From positions 1 through 64,000 of the forward strand of contig NC_086098.1 in NCBI RefSeq assembly GCF_963921235.1: a DNA stretch of 64,000 nt. The letters are read 5' to 3'. Under the pieces are notes generated by a model. The model had not been told where the DNA came from. It saw only the letters and a list, made by a program, of their open reading frames with translations, and ran no database searches. Position numbers and translations under genes: made by a program. Origin of the DNA: Mobula hypostoma. Lineage: Eukaryota. This document shows, piece after piece, positions 59,776 through 64,000 of this stretch. The first letter of the stretch is position 1. Each line of letters begins with the position of its first letter.

Positions 59776-62700
59776 CCATAGAAACCATAGAAAAACTACA
59801 GCACAGAAACAGGCCTTCTGGCCCCTCTTGGCTGTGCCGAACTATTTTCTGCCTAGTCCCATTGACCTGCACACAGGACCATATCCCTCCATACACCTTC
59901 CATCCACGTATCTGTCCAATTTATTCTTAAATATTAAAAAAGAACCCACATTTACCACCTCATCTGGCAGCTTATTCCATACTCCCACGACTGTGTGAAG
60001 AAGCCCCCCCTAATGTTCCCTTTAAACTCCCCCCCCCACCCTTAACCCATGTCCTCTGGTTTTTTTTTCTCCCCTTGCCTCAGTGGAAAAAGCCTGCTTG
60101 CATTCACTCTATCTAGACACATCATAATTTTATATACCTCTATCAAATCTCCCCTCATTCTTCTATGCTCCAGGGAATAAAGTCCTAATCTATTCAACCT
60201 TTCTCTGTAACTGAGTTTCTCATGTCCTGGCAACATCCTTGTAAACCTTCTCTGCACTCTTTCAACCTTATTTATATCCTTCCTGTAATTTGGTGACCAC
60301 AACTGAACACAATACTCCAGATTCAGCCTCACCAATGCCTTATACAACCTCATCACAACATTCCAGCTCTTATACTCAATACTTCAATTAATAAAGGCCA
60401 ATGTACCAAAAACTCTCTTTACGACCCTATCTACCTGTGACGACACTTTTAGGGAATTTTGTATCTGTATTCCCAGATCCCTCTATTTTACTGCACTCCT
60501 CAGTACCTTACCATTTACCCTGTATGTTCCACCTTGGTTTGTCCTTCCAATGTGCAATACCTCACACTTGTCTGTATTAAACTCCATCTGCCATTTTTCA
60601 GCCCATTTTTCCAGCTGGTCCAAGTCCCTCTGCAGGCTCTGAAAACCTTCCTCACTGTCCACTACACCTCCAATCTTTGTATCATGAGCAAATTTGCTGA
60701 TCCAATTTACCACATTATCATCCAGATCATTGATATAGATGACAAATAACAATGGACCAAGCACTGATCCTTGTGGTATACCACTAGTCACAGGCCTCCA
60801 CTCTGAGAAGCAATTCTCTACCACCACTCTTTGGCTTCTTCCATTGAGCCAATGTCTAATCCAATTTACCACCTCTCCATGTATACCTAGTGACTGAATT
60901 TTCCTAACTAACCTCCCATGTTGGACCTTGTCAAAGGCCTTACTGAAGTCCATGTGGACAACATCCACTGCCTTCCCTTCATCCATTTTCCTGGTAATCT
61001 CCTCGAAAAACTGCAATAGATTGGTCAAACATGACCTACCACGCACAAAGCCACGTTGACTCTCCCTAATAAGTCCCTGTCTATCCAAATGCTTGTAGAT
61101 TCTGTCTCTTAGTACTCCCTCCAATAACTTACCCACTACCGACGTCAAATTTACCAGCCTATAATTTCCTGGATTACTTTTCAATTCTTTTTTAAACAAT
61201 GGAAAAACATGAGCCATTCTCCAGTCCTCCAGCACCTCACCTGTAGACACCGACATTTTAAATACATCTGCCAGGGCCCCTGCAATTTCAACACTAGTCT
61301 CCTTCAAGGTCTGAGGGAAAACCCTGTCAGGTTCTGGCGATTTAACCACTTTAGTTTGCCTCAAGATAGCAAGCACCTCCTCCTTTTCACTCTGTACAGT
61401 TTCCATGATCTCACCACTTGTTTCCCTTAATTCCATAGACTTCATGCCAGTTTCCTTAGTAAATACAGACGCAAAAAACCCATTTAAGATCTCCCCCATA
61501 GCCATTGGTTCCACACATAGCCAACCACTCTGATCTTCAAGAGGACCAATTTTATCCCTTACAATCCTTTTACTCTTAATATACCTGTAAACGCTCTTTG
61601 GATTATCCTTCACTTTGACTGCCAAGGCAACCTCATGTCTTCTTTTAGCTCTCTTGATTCCCTTCTTAAGTATTTTCCTGCACTTTTTATACTCCTCAAG
61701 CACCTTATTTACTCCGTTTCCTATACATGTCATACAACTCTTTCTTCTTGTTTATCAGAGTTGCAATATCCCTTGAGAACCAAGGTTCCTTAATCCTATT
61801 CACTTTGCCTTTAATCCTGACAGGAACATACAAGCTCTGCAGTCTCAAAATTTCTCCTTTGAAGGCTTCCCACTTACTGATCACATCCTTGCCGAGAACA
61901 ACCTGTCCCAATCCACACTTTTTAGATCCTTTCTCATTTCTTCAAATTTGGCCTTCTTCCAGTTCAGAACATCAACCCTAGGACCAGATCTATCCTTGTC
62001 CATGATCAAGTTGAAACTAATGGTGTTATGAAACTAAAGTGCTCCCCTACACAGACTTCTGTCACTTGTCCTAACAGGAGATCCAATATTGCATCCCCTC
62101 TGGTTGGTACCTCTATATATTGATTTAGAAAACTTTCCTGAACACATTTTACAAACTCTAAACCATCTAGACCCCTAACAGTATGGGAGTCCCAATCAAT
62201 ATATGGAAAATTAAAGTCCCCTACCACCACAACTTTATGTTTCCTGCAGTTGCCTGCTATCTCTCTGCAGATTTGCTCTTTCAATTCTTGTTGACATATT
62301 GGGTGGTCTATAATACAACCCCACTAATGTGGCCATACCTTTCCTGTTTCTCAGCTCCATCCACAAGGACTCAGTAGACAAGCCCTCTAATCTGTCCTGC
62401 CTGAGCACTGCTGTAACATTTTCCTTGACAAGCAATGCTACCCCCCCCCCACCACCTTTCATTCCTCTGCCTCTATCACATCCGAAACATCGGAACCCTG
62501 GAATATTAAACTGCCAGTCCCGCCTCTCCTGTAGCCAAGTTTCACTAATTGCTGTAACATCATAATTCGCTCTGGCACTCTGGTTCCCATCCCCCTGCAA
62601 ATCTAGTTTAAATCTTCCCTAATAGCACTAACAAACCTCCCTGAAAGGATATTGATCCCCCTGTAGTTCAAGTGTAACCCGTCTCTCTTGTACAGGTCCC

Positions 62701-62952
62701 ACCTGCCCCAGAAGAGGTCCCAATGATCCTGAAATCTGAAACCCTGCCCCCTACACCAGTTCCTCAGCCACTTGTTCATCCTCCAGAGCATCCTATTCTT
62801 ACCCTCACTGGGACGTAGCACAGATAGCAATCCTGAGATTACCACCCTCGAGGTCCTGCTTTTCAACTTCCTACCAAGCTCTCCATACTCTCTCCAGAAC
62901 CTCCTCACTCTTCCTTGCTCTGTCATTGGTACCGATGTGCACCACGACATCT
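59776..62952 (-). mobile_element. CR1 LINE (ORF1 3' part, EN, RT) nested in L1
   Basis: ORF pieces 60042-60356, 60483-61733, 62006-62284 and 62235-62600, plus the ORF1 C-terminus (DGLHLNYRG). Internal deletion near 62566. Confidence 0.92.
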
Positions 62953-63297
62953 GATTATTAATCCAATTATTAAAATTAACACCAAAGCCAAATTTCTCTA
63001 AAACATTATATAAATATTTCCATTCGACTCGATCGAACGCTTTTTCAGCGTCCAAAGATACAACACATTGTGGAGTTTTAAAAGAGGACAAATATATAAT
63101 ATTAAATAGTCTCTGAACATTTGTAAAGGAATAACGACCCTTTATAAAGCCTGTTTGATCTTTACAAGTAATTTTACCCAAAATATTCTCCAACCAATTG
63201 GCCATTATCTTTGACAGAATCTCAGCATCAACATTCAGTAGTGAAATGGGTCTGTATGAGGCACAATCAGTAGGATCTTTATCCTTTTTAAGAATTA

Positions 63298-63476
63298 GAC
63301 CTTAATACCATAAGGCAAAGGAGCAGAAATCAGCCATTCGGTCCATCGAGTCTGCTCTGCCATCTTATCATGAACTGATCCATTCTCCCATTTAGTCCCA
63401 CTCCCCCGCCTTCTCACCATAACCTTTGATGCCCTGGCTGCTCAGATACCTATCAATCTCTGCCTTAAATACACCC
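63298..63476 (-). mobile_element. CR1 3' tail fragment nested in L1 RT
   Basis: Same family as 24781 and 57200. Short TSD AATT(A) splits the host SISLI|LKKDKD. Confidence 0.85.
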
Positions 63477-64000
63477 AATTAAAGAAATAGAAGACTCATA
63501 AAAAGTAGAGGGTAAGTCACCTTTCACAAAAGAATCCTTAAACATTTCCAACATATACAGAGAAAGCAACTTTCCAAATTTTTTATAAAATTCTACAAGA
63601 TAGCCATCAAGTCCCGGGGTCTTACCAGATTGCATTGAAAAAATTGCTTTATGAATTTCAGCTTCAGTATTTTGGACATCAAGAGTTTTTTGATCCTCAA
63701 AAATTTTAGGAAAAGCAATCTTTTGTAAAAAAGCATTCATTTCAGAAGAATCTACTGGACATTGAGATTTATAAAGTTCAGTATAAAAATCTTGAAAAAT
63801 CTTATTAATTTCTTCATATTCCTGAGCCAAGGTACCATCTTTCCTACGAATTTTCAAAATTTGCCTTTTGGCTCCAGTCACTTTTAATTAGGATGCGAGC
63901 AGTTTATTATTTTTATCTCCAGACATATAAAATTGGCTCTTTAACCTAAGCAAATAGCCTTCAATGGGATGAGTTAATAATAGGTTATATTGTGATTGAA

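Larger units (their letters stand above)
57151..64000 (-). mobile_element. L1-clade LINE ORF2 3' half with poly(A) tail, inserted antisense in the previous L1; continues past window
   Basis: Poly-T at 57151-57160. C-terminal LEKIR..FEKRW, GGLALPN..YYWA, YADD ~59565 and DAEKAFDRVEW ~63040. Confidence 0.9.

Noticed and set aside
62603..63205. L1 RT-CR1 esterase fusion ORF (200 aa)
   Set aside because: In-frame junction of a nested CR1 insertion at ~62952; both parts are fragments.

Overview
This window is the left end of a vertebrate chromosome. The CR1/L1/Rex1/Penelope repeat mix and the zinc-finger style suggest a cartilaginous fish such as a ray or shark (inference). Bases 1-11777 are a (CCCTAA)n telomere: a noisy tip, a long near-pure array with recurrent variant inserts, and a degenerate proximal zone. 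Next is a C-rich modular subtelomeric repeat (~11778-18431). It is interrupted by an 882-bp solo LTR with a TATA box facing the telomere and by a CR1 LINE inserted in a short CCCTAA tract. The rest is a dense, deeply nested set of non-LTR retrotransposons (CR1, L1, Rex1/Babar, Penelope-like elements [PLEs] with GIY-YIG endonuclease) plus an ERV pol remnant. The only host gene is a 21-finger C2H2 zinc-finger ORF (31170-32942) with a CpG-island promoter and decayed fingers upstream. The most notable signals are minimal hammerhead ribozymes in the PLE terminal repeats, the solo LTR as a possible TERRA promoter, and a family of CpG-related variant inserts inside the telomere. Most other ORFs in the track are TE fragments, antisense shadows or telomeric dipeptide frames. 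TE boundaries without a target-site duplication (TSD) are approximate.
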